A DNA stretch of 64,000 nt from Saccharolobus solfataricus P2 (GTDB lineage: Archaea; Thermoproteota; Thermoprotei_A; Sulfolobales; Sulfolobaceae): the NCBI RefSeq assembly GCF_000007005.1, contig NC_002754.1; one strand, given 5' to 3'. Under the pieces are notes generated by a model. The model did not search any database. It was not told where the DNA came from and was given only the letters and a program-made list of their open reading frames with translations. Of the stretch, positions 22,280 to 33,104 are shown piece after piece (position 1 is the stretch's first letter; each line of letters opens with the position of its first letter). A program made the translations under genes and the position numbers.

Positions 22280-23629
22280 TTGTATTACATATCTCTAAAT
22301 GTGAAAAGAAGAAAGCTCAATAAGGATAATAATTACAATGAATTTCTGACGGATCCAATATATTCTAGATTAATAGAAAATGTTGAAAAACTTAAGGATA
22401 AAGTATTTCATTTGAGCAAGATTGTGAACTTACAAGCCTATATGGAGGGTTTCACTTTCTACACTTCGTCAAATTACAGAAGCACACCAATTGATGTTAT
22501 ACCTAGAATTATTACATCTGAACTCTTCTTCAAAATTTCAAATTATTTAGTAGCTAGAAGTTATGTGCTTAACAAGTTCATAAGGGAAGTATACCAAGAG
22601 GGTTCAAACCCAATTCCCGACTGGATAGTGAAAACGACTCCATACTTTAGGCCAGAAATGATGGGATTCTCACCACCAAAGGATATATACATTCACGTTT
22701 ACGGTGCCGATATAGTTAGGGTTAACGGTGTGCCATTTATTTTAGAGGACAACCTGAGAATTCCATCTGGAATATCATACTCGTATAAGGCCTTTGAATA
22801 TGTTGATAGGTTTCTGCCAGAGTTAAAAGAAGGTTATGATAATAGGGTGCTTCAAATTAACGGGTTGGACTACCTTTATGACATTCTACGTTACGTGAGC
22901 GGTAACAAAGATCCCATCATAGTTATCTTAACTGATGGTAATTATAATTCAGCATATTTCGAACACAAGTTCATTTCCGAAAAATTAGGAATAATATTGG
23001 CTGAGCCAAACGATATTTACGTAAAGGATAAGGAGGTAGTAGTGAGGACCGTAGATGAGGGCGAAGTCCATGTAGACGTAATTTACAGAAGAATTGAAGA
23101 TTTGGACTATTTAACCCCGGGATTGATGAAAGCCTATTTGAGGGGTTGGGTAACATTAGCTAACGCGCCGGGAACTGGGGTAGCTGATGATAAGGCAACG
23201 TTTGTATGGATACCATATTTGGCTGAAAAGTATGGAATTAAACTAGAAAACGTTATACAACCATATACCATTTGTCTTTACGAAAAGGAGAATCTAGAGA
23301 AAGTTATTACCCAGCCTACGAGATATGTTATAAAGAAAAGGGAGGGTTACGGGGGTATTGGTTTGGCAATAGTTAAGGACGATAACATAAATGTTTTAAA
23401 GGAGATATATAAGGAGTATGAGAACTTTATAGCGCAAGAAGTTCTGGACTTTGACACAGTTATTTCTGTGGTTAACGATTCCTTTTACGAGACCTATGCT
23501 GATATGAGAATCTTCACTTACTACGATAAGGTTGCCAGTGCAGTTTTAAGTAGAGTGGGAATAATGGGAAGTAGGATAACAAATAACTCGTCTGGAGGGA
23601 TGGTGAAGCCTCTATGGATTATAAAGTAG
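22280..23629 (+). CDS. Circularly permuted ATP-grasp type 2 protein
   Basis: IDVIPRII, GADIVR, LEDNLRIPSGISY, DVIYRRIED, ANAPGTGVADDKA, GYGG, DMR motifs. Confidence 0.9.
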   Translation: MYYISLNVKRRKLNKDNNYNEFLTDPIYSRLIENVEKLKDKVFHLSKIVNLQAYMEGFTFYTSSNYRSTPIDVIPRIITSELFFKISNYLVARSYVLNKFIREVYQEGSNPIPDWIVKTTPYFRPEMMGFSPPKDIYIHVYGADIVRVNGVPFILEDNLRIPSGISYSYKAFEYVDRFLPELKEGYDNRVLQINGLDYLYDILRYVSGNKDPIIVILTDGNYNSAYFEHKFISEKLGIILAEPNDIYVKDKEVVVRTVDEGEVHVDVIYRRIEDLDYLTPGLMKAYLRGWVTLANAPGTGVADDKATFVWIPYLAEKYGIKLENVIQPYTICLYEKENLEKVITQPTRYVIKKREGYGGIGLAIVKDDNINVLKEIYKEYENFIAQEVLDFDTVISVVNDSFYETYADMRIFTYYDKVASAVLSRVGIMGSRITNNSSGGMVKPLWIIK

Positions 23630-24414
23630 AGTATATTAGCATTTACGAATACGAGGCTGATGTGATATCAAACGAGAATACGCTGAAGATTGTACCATAT
23701 AACGGGGATAATCAAGTGCTAATATCACACGAGGTTGGAACTATACCTAATGGTTACAAAACGTCTTATGTAGATATATTTGGAAACATTGTGTATAAGA
23801 TAAAGGTTCAAGAATTACATAGAAGGTTGGAAATTTATTCCAAAAGTGTAGTGACACTGGATAAAAAAGTAATAAAGACAGATTATGAGTTCCCGTACAA
23901 TTACGGCTTCAATGAGTTCCTTTTACCAACAAGATTAGTTGATCCAGAACAATTCCAGAAAATAGCTAAGGAGCTAACAAAGAGTTTAAAGACACTTGGA
24001 GAAGTAATAGAAACAATAGTTAATTTCGTGAGAAAGAAGATTATATATAAGCCCGGAATAACCAACATCAATACTACGGCATTTGAAGCGTATAGTTTGG
24101 GTTATGGAGTTTGTCAAGATTATACTCACATCACGTTAGGATTACTTAGAGCTCTAGGTATTCCAGCTAGATATGTAATGGGAGTAGTTAATGATAATCC
24201 AAGAGCAACTCACGCTTGGGTTGAAGTGTTAACTCCAGATGGTACGTACATAGATGTTGATCCTACTAGAGGTAGGTTTTACAATTTAGATTATATAAAG
24301 TTCGCAGTTGGTAGGGACTTCAATGATGTAAGTCCAGTGATAGGGTTTTTCGTTAGTTCTGGAAGGGGATGGCTTAAGGAAGTAAGAATAAAGGTGGAGA
24401 AAAGTGCTTCCTAA
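23614..24414 (+). CDS. Transglutaminase-like protein with bacterial TGase N-terminal domain
   Basis: GVCQDYTH (Cys), HAWVE (His), DPT (Asp), GRDFNDVSP. Confidence 0.9.
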   Translation: MDYKVEYISIYEYEADVISNENTLKIVPYNGDNQVLISHEVGTIPNGYKTSYVDIFGNIVYKIKVQELHRRLEIYSKSVVTLDKKVIKTDYEFPYNYGFNEFLLPTRLVDPEQFQKIAKELTKSLKTLGEVIETIVNFVRKKIIYKPGITNINTTAFEAYSLGYGVCQDYTHITLGLLRALGIPARYVMGVVNDNPRATHAWVEVLTPDGTYIDVDPTRGRFYNLDYIKFAVGRDFNDVSPVIGFFVSSGRGWLKEVRIKVEKSAS

Positions 24415-24805
24415 AAGTATTGCGTATAAGATTTACTGGGCTGGAAGGTATTTGGAAAGAATAGAGAACATATGTAGGATGTCGTTACTAGCCATTAATA
24501 ACGGGTTAAATATTAACACTGTAGCTAAACAACTTGGATTTGATAACGAGTATGAATTGATAAATTATGTTAAAACTTCTTTCCAGTACTTAAGGGAGAA
24601 CGTTAGAAGTTTTGCGGATGAGAAGGTAATTATTCAAGTGAATACACTTGAGTTTCTGATAGACTCTGACAAATCCGATTTACAAAGTTACTTTACGCAA
24701 CTACTTAATGGAGTATATAACGTTGGAAATAGCTTTGAGAAGTTCTTTGTAGAGGTTAGGAGCGAGATGAGGATTAGACCACAGCAGGAAAATCAGCCAG
24801 AATAA
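24404..24805 (+). CDS. Alpha-E domain protein (DUF403), single short repeat
   Basis: YWAGRYLERIEN motif; overlaps the TGase stop. Confidence 0.8.
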   Translation: MLPKSIAYKIYWAGRYLERIENICRMSLLAINNGLNINTVAKQLGFDNEYELINYVKTSFQYLRENVRSFADEKVIIQVNTLEFLIDSDKSDLQSYFTQLLNGVYNVGNSFEKFFVEVRSEMRIRPQQENQPE

Positions 24806-24957
24806 CGTCGGTATGTGGATTTCTTTTATCTTAAGATGAACTGGAGAATACTGAGATAATATTAAAATAATAGTAAATATTAACTTTAATAATTACAATC
24901 TAAAATTACCAATTGTATCAAATCTGGAATATAAAAATCTTATGAGGTTAGGAAGTT

Positions 24958-25761
24958 TCACTTCCCTTTAAAATTAGGTCTTCTTTTCTCGAAGAAAGCT
25001 CTAGCGCCTTCCTTAGCATCCTCTGAAGCCAGAGCTTGATTCTGCATTTCTCTCTCCAGAGCAAAAGCATTATACAACGGCAAATCCATTCCTTCATTAA
25101 CTGCTAATTTTGCAAATCCCACTGCTAATGATGGACCTCTAGATATTTGCCTAGCAAACTCTAATGACTCTTCAAATAGTTTTTCTGGCTCTACTAACTT
25201 GTCTAGGATACCTAAATCATAAGCCTCTTTAGGAGAAAGTGTCTTGCCGGTTATCATTAGATATATAGCCTTCGATCTTCCAACTAATCTAGCTAAAAAC
25301 TGAGTTCCTCCCTCACCTGGGATTAAAGCTAAATTGGCTACTTCTGGCATTCCAAATTTAATATTCTCATCATTGGCACCGAACCTCAAATCACAAGCAA
25401 GTGCCAGTTCTAAGCCCCCACCCATACAATGGCCATTTATGCTGGCTATTATCAATTTCTTTGTTGACATCATTCTTAACATGACCTCTTTGCTAAACTG
25501 ACTTGAGAGCCCTATGTATTCTGGTGATTTATCCTTTATTTCATTTATATCAAATCCTGCAGAGAAAAATCTGGGAATTGCGCTAGTTATAATTAACGCT
25601 TTTACATTTTCATCAAAACGTGACTCCACAATAATGTTATCCAATTCTCTTAACATTTCCAGATTATGTGCATTAGCTGGTGGTCTATTTAATCTTATTA
25701 TCCCCACTCCATCTTCGACTTCTATTTTGAAATATTTTGGAGTCAATTCAGTTAAACCCAT
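24958..25761 (-). CDS. Enoyl-CoA hydratase/isomerase (crotonase) family
   Basis: FSAGFDI, GGGLE, PE, PGEGGTQ motifs. Confidence 0.9.
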   Translation of the reverse strand: MGLTELTPKYFKIEVEDGVGIIRLNRPPANAHNLEMLRELDNIIVESRFDENVKALIITSAIPRFFSAGFDINEIKDKSPEYIGLSSQFSKEVMLRMMSTKKLIIASINGHCMGGGLELALACDLRFGANDENIKFGMPEVANLALIPGEGGTQFLARLVGRSKAIYLMITGKTLSPKEAYDLGILDKLVEPEKLFEESLEFARQISRGPSLAVGFAKLAVNEGMDLPLYNAFALEREMQNQALASEDAKEGARAFFEKRRPNFKGK

Positions 25762-25771
25762 GAACTATCAC

Positions 25772-26539
25772 CTAAAATATTCTTCTATTCCTATTCACAT
25801 CTGGTAACTCTAAACCTAAGGGTGCGATTAATTCTGCGACATCTTTTATGTATAATTGCCTCATTTCATCATTCCTCATTCTCTTTATCCCATACTTATA
25901 AGCTAAGTCTATAGTATATGACTTAGAGTGTCCAAACATATCTAAACCTCTAGGGAACCATTTATTTATTAATGCTTGTGCTAAATCCCTTTTTCCCTCT
26001 TCAACTAGTCTCTTTATGCCAGTATATCCAAAATTAATGTGAAATTCCTCTTCCATTAGCATTGTAGGAATTATTCTTGAAAGTGGACCAAAACTGGAAT
26101 CCTCGAAGGCTAGTAGTTGATATAAACCTACCCTGTCTATTAAAAACGTAAAACCTAATGTGTCCTCCCACATATTAAAAGGAATATTAAACGCATCAAG
26201 CTTATGCCTACCCATTCTAGTCCACAATAGATTTTCGGCTATTTTCTTACCTTCTTCCCCGAATTCCTTTAGTAATTGAATAACTTGCCAACCATGCCTC
26301 ATTTCATCAACCATAATCCTAGAAATTGTTACTCTATCTGATAACTTAGGTGCGTGGAATAACCACGGCATATGCTGTTCAATCGATGCGAACTCTGTAT
26401 CTCCTTGAACTGTAAGTAGCTTTAACAAAACATCTACTGCTTCAAAGGGTAAATCGTATATTGATTCAAATTTCCTTAAACCCTTGTAATCTCCCCATCC
26501 AATAACTCTCTTAGGTTTCTTATATTCCACGGGAATCAT
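25772..26539 (-). CDS. Aryl-CoA di-iron epoxidase/hydroxylase subunit (PaaA/PaaC family)
   Basis: GDTE, DEMRH and EEEFH ferritin-like ligands; WFPRGLDMFG; likely start at 26539. Confidence 0.85.
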   Translation of the reverse strand: MIPVEYKKPKRVIGWGDYKGLRKFESIYDLPFEAVDVLLKLLTVQGDTEFASIEQHMPWLFHAPKLSDRVTISRIMVDEMRHGWQVIQLLKEFGEEGKKIAENLLWTRMGRHKLDAFNIPFNMWEDTLGFTFLIDRVGLYQLLAFEDSSFGPLSRIIPTMLMEEEFHINFGYTGIKRLVEEGKRDLAQALINKWFPRGLDMFGHSKSYTIDLAYKYGIKRMRNDEMRQLYIKDVAELIAPLGLELPDVNRNRRIF

Positions 26540-26642
26540 CGATATATACTTACACATTTAGATATATAACGTTTTCTATACGTAGACATGAAAAAGCGAA
26601 AAGCATAAAAGATTCTAAAAATTAGATATTAAATGAGAGAAC

Positions 26643-27347
26643 ATGCAAAAATTAAGGAGTGTGAAGGAAGTTCCACAAGATTTAACAAATACACTAGTAA
26701 ACATAATCGAACTAAGAGCTGATTTTGAGCTTGCAATGGTAGAGCAATATTCTCCATGGCTAGTAAATGCCCCAACGGTTGATAGTAGATTATTTGTAGC
26801 CAAACTGGTTTCAGATGAGCTAAATCACGGATGGCAACTGGTAAGATTGTTAGAGGAGTTCAAAGTTAAAGACGTAATTGAGAGGATTAGTAATGCGAGG
26901 TTGGGAATCCATAAATTAGAAGTATCGAACTTACCATTATTTAATTGGGAAGACGTTATTGCATTCACATTCCTAGTAGATGGAGCTGGGCTATATCAGC
27001 TAAAAATTCTTAAAGACTGTTCATTCGAACCCCTATCAACCCTAGCGTCTAGTATGATTAAGGAAGAAGAGTCTCATATATTTTTCTCACAAAATGAACT
27101 AAGAAATTACCAAAATAAGAATAGAATGCAAGGTGCAATTAACTTCTGGTTCCCTAGAGCGGTAGAGATGTTACACATGACATGGTCATTAAACGAAACC
27201 CATTTGAGAGATCTGAATATTTCGGATCTAACTAAAAACGATTTAATAAATGGTTATATAAAAACAACTAATGAGGAACTGAAAAAATGTGGATATAATG
27301 AAGTAAATTACGATAAGGCACTCCACTATAATGTTGTACTGAAGTAA
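26643..27347 (+). CDS. Second PaaA/PaaC-family di-iron subunit
   Basis: ADFE, DELNH, EEESH, FWFPRAVEM. Confidence 0.8.
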   Translation: MQKLRSVKEVPQDLTNTLVNIIELRADFELAMVEQYSPWLVNAPTVDSRLFVAKLVSDELNHGWQLVRLLEEFKVKDVIERISNARLGIHKLEVSNLPLFNWEDVIAFTFLVDGAGLYQLKILKDCSFEPLSTLASSMIKEEESHIFFSQNELRNYQNKNRMQGAINFWFPRAVEMLHMTWSLNETHLRDLNISDLTKNDLINGYIKTTNEELKKCGYNEVNYDKALHYNVVLK

Positions 27348-27416
27348 AGTACGAGATTTTTACGTATAACATTAACAGCGTAAACTATATAAATTGGTTT
27401 AAAAAATTAAATAATA

Positions 27417-29006
27417 ATGACAAGCCAGCATCGGAAAATTTTAAACATCACAGATGAACTATTTTCAAGGTACGATAATAGTGAATCAGATAAAAGAATT
27501 GCAATATATTATAGGAATGAAATTTGGACATATAGAAGGTTGATTGATGAAATTAATAGGGTAGGTAATACATTGAAAGACCTAGGTATAGAGAAAGAAA
27601 ATAGGATCCTAATGATCTCATATGATAGTCCTTATTTCATATCAACGTTCTATGGTGCCGTGAAAATAGGTGCGATACCAGTACCAGTCAACACATATCT
27701 AAAGCCAGAAGAATACCTATTTTTCCTAGAGGATACTGAAGCAAAAGTGCTTGTAGTAGAACCAGAGATTTGGAATAAGTTATCACAATCCATTAAGAAC
27801 AAGACCACTAAACTTAAGCATGTAATTATCTTACCGGGTATGTACAATATGATGGAGAAGATTGAAAGTACGCAATACATACCTCAATCATCATATACGG
27901 AGCTTGTATCAAAGGCTTCAGTAAAGCTGGAGGCTGAAAAGACGTCGCCAAACGATATGGCTTTTTGGTTATATACGTCGGGTACTACCGGACATCCTAA
28001 GGCAGCACTTCACTTGCATAAAGATATTCTCGTAGTTCTTAATACTTTCGTAAAAAATATACTTAAGATTACAGAAAGAGATAGGTTATTTAGCGCTTCT
28101 AAATTATTCTTCGCATATGGATTAGGTAATGGATCTTATTTTGCTTTTGGAAATGGTGCTTCAGTAATTCTAATGCCGGAAAGAGTGGAACCCAAAAGAG
28201 TTTTAGAAACGATACATAAGTACAAACCAACTATTTTCTTTGGTGTACCTACTTTATATAATGCAATGTTGCAAGTAGAAGAGTGGAAAAATTACGATCT
28301 AAGCAGCTTAAGGTTCTGTGTTTCTGCGGGAGAACCTTTGCCTCCTGCGATATTTAATAGATGGAAGGAAAGGTATGGGATAGAGATCGTAGATGGTATT
28401 GGATCCACTGAAGCGCTTCATATTTACATTTCTAATATTCCGGGGAACTGTAAAGCTGGTAGTAGCGGAAAAGTAGTTCCTGGTTATGAAGTGAAAATTG
28501 TTGACGAAAACGGTAATGAGGTACCCCCTAAGACAGTAGGCGATCTTTACGTAAAAGGAGATAGTATAGCCATGTTTTACTGGCGTGATTATGAGGCTAC
28601 TAGAAGGAACATGGTAGGGTTTTGGTTTAGAACTGGGGATAAGTTCTTTAGGGACGAGGATGGTTACTATTATTATGTTGGAAGATCTGATGATATGATT
28701 AAAACTTCCGGATTATGGGTCTCTCCAATAGAAGTCGAGGCGGTATTGTTATCTCATCCAGCAATTTTGGAAGCTGCAGTAGTAGGTCTACCAGATGAGG
28801 TGGGATTGATAAAAGTAGTAGCATTTGTCACCTTAAAACAAGGATACTCTCCTAGTGAGGAATTAGCTAATAACATTAAAGATTATCTTAAAGAAAAACT
28901 GGACCATTACAAGGTTCCTAAGGAAATAAGATTCGTAAATGAGATTCCAAAGACTGCAACTGGTAAAATACAAAGGTATAAATTTAGACTGGGTGAAGTA
29001 AAATAA
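27417..29006 (+). CDS. Benzoate-CoA-ligase-family aryl-CoA ligase
   Basis: AFWLYTSGTTG, SASKLFFAYGLGN, DGIGSTEALHIYISN, TATGKIQR. Confidence 0.85.
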   Translation: MTSQHRKILNITDELFSRYDNSESDKRIAIYYRNEIWTYRRLIDEINRVGNTLKDLGIEKENRILMISYDSPYFISTFYGAVKIGAIPVPVNTYLKPEEYLFFLEDTEAKVLVVEPEIWNKLSQSIKNKTTKLKHVIILPGMYNMMEKIESTQYIPQSSYTELVSKASVKLEAEKTSPNDMAFWLYTSGTTGHPKAALHLHKDILVVLNTFVKNILKITERDRLFSASKLFFAYGLGNGSYFAFGNGASVILMPERVEPKRVLETIHKYKPTIFFGVPTLYNAMLQVEEWKNYDLSSLRFCVSAGEPLPPAIFNRWKERYGIEIVDGIGSTEALHIYISNIPGNCKAGSSGKVVPGYEVKIVDENGNEVPPKTVGDLYVKGDSIAMFYWRDYEATRRNMVGFWFRTGDKFFRDEDGYYYYVGRSDDMIKTSGLWVSPIEVEAVLLSHPAILEAAVVGLPDEVGLIKVVAFVTLKQGYSPSEELANNIKDYLKEKLDHYKVPKEIRFVNEIPKTATGKIQRYKFRLGEVK

Positions 29007-29078
29007 AATTTTTACAGCTATCATAGTACTTATAATACCCAAGAAAATTTTTTAGTATTTATTTAGAGGTTATTATTA

Positions 29079-29879
29079 ATGAAGATACAATCGTTATTCT
29101 TTACATTGTATGGAGATTACATAAAAGATGCGGGAGGAACGATAAGTTCCAAAAGCTTGATTATTATTCTTAAAGAATTTGGTTTTTCAGAAGGTGCGAT
29201 TAGAGCTGGTTTACACAGAATGAAGAAAGCCGGTTTAATAGTCTCTGAAAGGGGAAAAGATAAGAAAATAAGATATAAATTGTCTGAAAAAGGGCTGTTG
29301 AGATTACTAGAAGGAACTAGGAGAGTCTATGAAAAGACTAGAAGAAGATGGGATGGCAAATGGAGGATAGTAGTGTATAACATTCCAGAAAATAACAGGG
29401 AGGTAAGAGATAGATTGAGGAGAGAGCTAAAATGGTTAGGATTTGGAATGCTAGCTCAGTCAACATGGATATCACCAAATCCTATTGAAGATACGTTAAG
29501 GAAATTTATCAATGATCTCTACAACTCGACCAATAGCGTGAAGGTAGACATTTTTGTGGCAGATTATTTAGATCAACCTAATCATTTGGTAGAAAGATGT
29601 TGGAATTTAGTTGAAGTCGAACAAGCTTACAAGTCTTTTTTAGAAGAATGGTCTCCAATGCTTAAAAAGGTCAACTCCATGAAAAGTAATGAAGCGTTTG
29701 TAACTAGGATAGAATTAGTCCATGAATATAGAAAATTTCTAAATATAGACCCTGATTTACCAGAAGATTTATTGCCCCAGAATTGGATAGGTTATAAGGC
29801 ATATGACCTCTTCATGAAACTGAGAGAGGAATTAACACCAAAGGCAAATGAGTTCTTTTACAAGGTGTATGAGCCATAA
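29079..29879 (+). CDS. paaX: PaaX-family transcriptional regulator
   Basis: SLFFTLYGDY, wHTH, WDGKWRIVVY, LKWLGFG, DPDLPEDLLPQNWIG. Confidence 0.9.
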   Translation: MKIQSLFFTLYGDYIKDAGGTISSKSLIIILKEFGFSEGAIRAGLHRMKKAGLIVSERGKDKKIRYKLSEKGLLRLLEGTRRVYEKTRRRWDGKWRIVVYNIPENNREVRDRLRRELKWLGFGMLAQSTWISPNPIEDTLRKFINDLYNSTNSVKVDIFVADYLDQPNHLVERCWNLVEVEQAYKSFLEEWSPMLKKVNSMKSNEAFVTRIELVHEYRKFLNIDPDLPEDLLPQNWIGYKAYDLFMKLREELTPKANEFFYKVYEP

Positions 29880-31378
29880 AACTTTATGCTATCATTTAAA
29901 AAAGTTTAGTATATACTAATTTTCTTAAATTAAACAATTTTACTTCTTATATCTTATTTAGCAATAGTATTAAATTAAATATAGCTTTTTTTGTATTGTC
30001 CCATATTTTTGTGTCAAATTAGTATCATGAAATCCCTCGATATGAAGAATCCAAGCTTATCTTCACCATTCTCCTATAAGGATATGTTAAAGATAATTCC
30101 TTGTGTGTTTGAAAAAATATCCTGCGGGCATTGTAATGTTGTCCTATCTATTACGTTAATCTTTTTAGGGAAAATATGGTTCAAAACACCTCTTGGCAGT
30201 CAATAATAAAAAATGAGTTAAGCGTTCCGTTGAACCACTTCTCGACATTACAAAATACTGAAAGCCTTGCCCCTTCTAGGGCAGTGAGAAATTAGCAGTG
30301 CACTGAAAACCATTAACGTTAGACTTTATCTTAATGGGGGTTAAGGGGGCGGAAGACCCTTCTGTAAGGGATGGATAGCCCCTTATATTTTAAATATTAA
30401 GAACTACAGATATACAATTAACGTCTGACGTAGGATTCCGCTTCCGCGCTTATACTAACGAACAAGCATTGAGGGCGTTAAAAGCCCAGTTGAGGCTAGC
30501 ATGTGAGGTATATAACACCCTACGTTGGGCAGACACCTATTTCTACCAAAGGGATGGGAAAGGACTTACACAGACGGAGTTAAGACAGATGGCCCTTGAC
30601 TTAAGAAAGCAGGATGAGGAGTACAAACAACTTCACTCACAAGTTGTTCAACAGATAGTAGATCGTTTTTACGAGGCTAAGAAGAGGTTTATGGACGGGC
30701 TAGCACGCTTTCCAAGAGAAAAGAAACCGCACAAGTACTACTCGCTAGTTTACTCTCAATCGGGATGGAAAGTGTTGAGCTTAAGGGAAATAAGAAGAAA
30801 GAGTAATCACAAGAAGAAGTTAATGAAGCTCTACCTATCTCATCTAGGAGTCTTCAACGTGATAGTACACAGGGACTTCCCTCTAGATAAGGTGAAGAGA
30901 ATCATAGTGAAGTTAGAGCCGTCTGGGAGAATATACATCATTTTCGTGGTTGATTACGAGTTCAAGGCCCTTCCATCTACTTGGAAAAGTTGTCGCGATC
31001 GACGTGGGAATTGAGAAACTCGTAACTACCTCCGATGGTCAGTATTTCCCTAACCTGAAGCCTTTTGAGAGGGCCTTAACCAAGGTAAGGGAACTTCATA
31101 GGTCTCTTTCGAGGAAGAGATTCCTCTCTCATAACTGGTTCAAAGCTAAGGTTAAGTTGGCTAGGGTTTATGAGCACGTGAAGAACTTGAGGAAAGATAT
31201 TTACATGAAGCTCGGTAAGTATTTTGCAGAATACTACGATATCGTGGTAATGGAGGATATTAGCGTTAAGAAGCTGGTTGGTAAGTCTCTCAAGGTGAGG
31301 AGGAGGCTTCACGATGTTGGTTTTTACGAGTTTAGGACGATACTGGAGTATCAACTAATAAAATACGGTAAGAAGTTC

Positions 31379-32817
31379 CAGTGGTGTTTCACCAATTTTA
31401 CTCAAAATGATACAATTTCTATGGAAGAGAAAAATATCAGAGCGGAGTTAGAAAAATCGGCTTATTTCAACACAAGAAGCAAAAAATTTTCATATTTGTT
31501 GAAGAAACTAACAGAAAACGAGTTTATATATAAAGAGTAATACCATTTGTCTAGTATTATCAATAGAGGAAAGTAGGTGGAAGGACGAGATGAACAAGAA
31601 AAGGTTAAAGCGAGGGACTCCATAACTCCGTTATGCAAACCATGATATTATCCAAAACGGAGCTGAAGTCCCTCGCTATAACTTTAGCAACAAACAATAT
31701 TAACGTTATCTCTCAAGATCTAGACCCGGAAATAGTGAAAGCAGCACCATCCTTGCTAACCGGAAACAGAGGAAAATACTACTTGAAGGTAGTAAGACGA
31801 GGCGAGAAAGTAATTAGTAAAGGTCAGAGAACCTTCAAGTTCTACCCAATCTACAGAGAAGTAAAGGGAGAGATCAACGTAGTCGCTGTAGATGAGACCG
31901 GATTAACCGTGGGAGAAAAGGAACAAGAAAAAGCAGAGGGCTTTCTACTCTACAACTGGAAGAGAAAAGGAGTAAAGATGAGATCCTTGGACCTCGTATA
32001 TCCCTTAAGGTTACCCCTCCTAGTGGAGGTAGCAGATTTGAGAAGCGACAGTCCATCACAGTTCCTACTCAGGAGCGTGAGGGAAGTAAGCCAATACATG
32101 GAAATAGATTACGTTGTAGCTGACGCCGGATTCTTGAACCTAGGGGTCATCAAGGAAATGCCCGTGAAGACCATTGTGAGAGGAAAGTCGAACTTGAAGG
32201 GATTCAAGGAACTATCTAACGTTCCATTAGTTGAGAAGAGATACGAGGTTAAGGACAAGGTTTACGTTGCGTATAGGGTCTTGGAATTTGAAGGGCTTTA
32301 TTATTACGATGTGGTTTACGTTAAGGGGAAGCCGAGGCACTTCATGTTCGTAACGAACTTCGAGGGAGATCCCTATGAACTGGCTGAACTCTATAGGTTG
32401 AGGTGGCAAGTTGAGGAGGGTTTTAAGGTTAGGAAGGCAAGGATAAGGTATGTTAGGAAGTTGAGTAATAAGATCTTCTTGTTCCTCTATTACACGGTTC
32501 TGGATTCTGCGTGGAATCTAGTGAATCATCTTCTCTTTAACTTCAAGTCCACGTGTAAGAAGGTTTTGTCCTTCGATTCATTCGTCAAGCTTCTCTAACT
32601 TTCTCGGTGTTCAGAGGAGACTATGCACGTCGTTTTCACCACGTGAGAAAAATTCAGAATTCTCCTCTTATTATTAGAATTGTACGCTATATTTTTTGCA
32701 AATTATTTTAACATGTTATGTTTCATAATAATTTTATTGTTTTTCTCTATATCAATCTCTTTTTGAAAGGACTAATATTATATCTTTCAAATGAAATAAT
32801 TTGGTGAAACACCACTG
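31379..32817 (+). mobile_element. ISC1439-type IS, intact
   Basis: Exactly 1439 bp; TIR CAGTGGTGTTTCACCAA; 9-bp TSD AAGAAGTTC. Confidence 0.95.
31633..32598 (+). CDS. DDE transposase (ISH3 family)
   Basis: AVDETG, VADAGF, RWQVEEGFK motifs; 321 aa. Confidence 0.92.
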   Translation: MQTMILSKTELKSLAITLATNNINVISQDLDPEIVKAAPSLLTGNRGKYYLKVVRRGEKVISKGQRTFKFYPIYREVKGEINVVAVDETGLTVGEKEQEKAEGFLLYNWKRKGVKMRSLDLVYPLRLPLLVEVADLRSDSPSQFLLRSVREVSQYMEIDYVVADAGFLNLGVIKEMPVKTIVRGKSNLKGFKELSNVPLVEKRYEVKDKVYVAYRVLEFEGLYYYDVVYVKGKPRHFMFVTNFEGDPYELAELYRLRWQVEEGFKVRKARIRYVRKLSNKIFLFLYYTVLDSAWNLVNHLLFNFKSTCKKVLSFDSFVKLL

Positions 32818-33104
32818 AAGAAGTTCACTCTCGTCGATCCAGCATACACGTCGATGACTTGTGCTAGATGCGGATACGTCAGGGAAGATTTAACTCTCTT
32901 CGACCGCGTGTTTGTTTGTCCTAAATGCGGTTGGATAGTAGACCGTGACTATAATGCTTCTCTCAACATCTTACGTAGATCGGGGTCGGAACGACCCTCA
33001 GTGTGGAGCTCTGCCTTCTACCGCTGGCAAGGTGGGGCTATGAAGCAGGAAGCCTTGTCCGTTAGGGGAGGGTAGTTCACCAGTATAGGGAGAAAAATAT
33101 CTTA

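Larger units (their letters stand above)
30330..33080 (+). mobile_element. IS200/IS605 tnpB-only element (ISC1316-like), inactivated
   Basis: Left end after TTTAT; tnpB at about 30421-33075 with probable ATG>ACG, a +1 frameshift near 30975 and an ISC1439 insertion; right end GGTAGTTCAC at 33080. Confidence 0.85.

Noticed and set aside
26540-26642. PaaX operator in the divergent promoter
   Set aside because: No convincing palindrome or E. coli-type TGATTC repeat pair was found.
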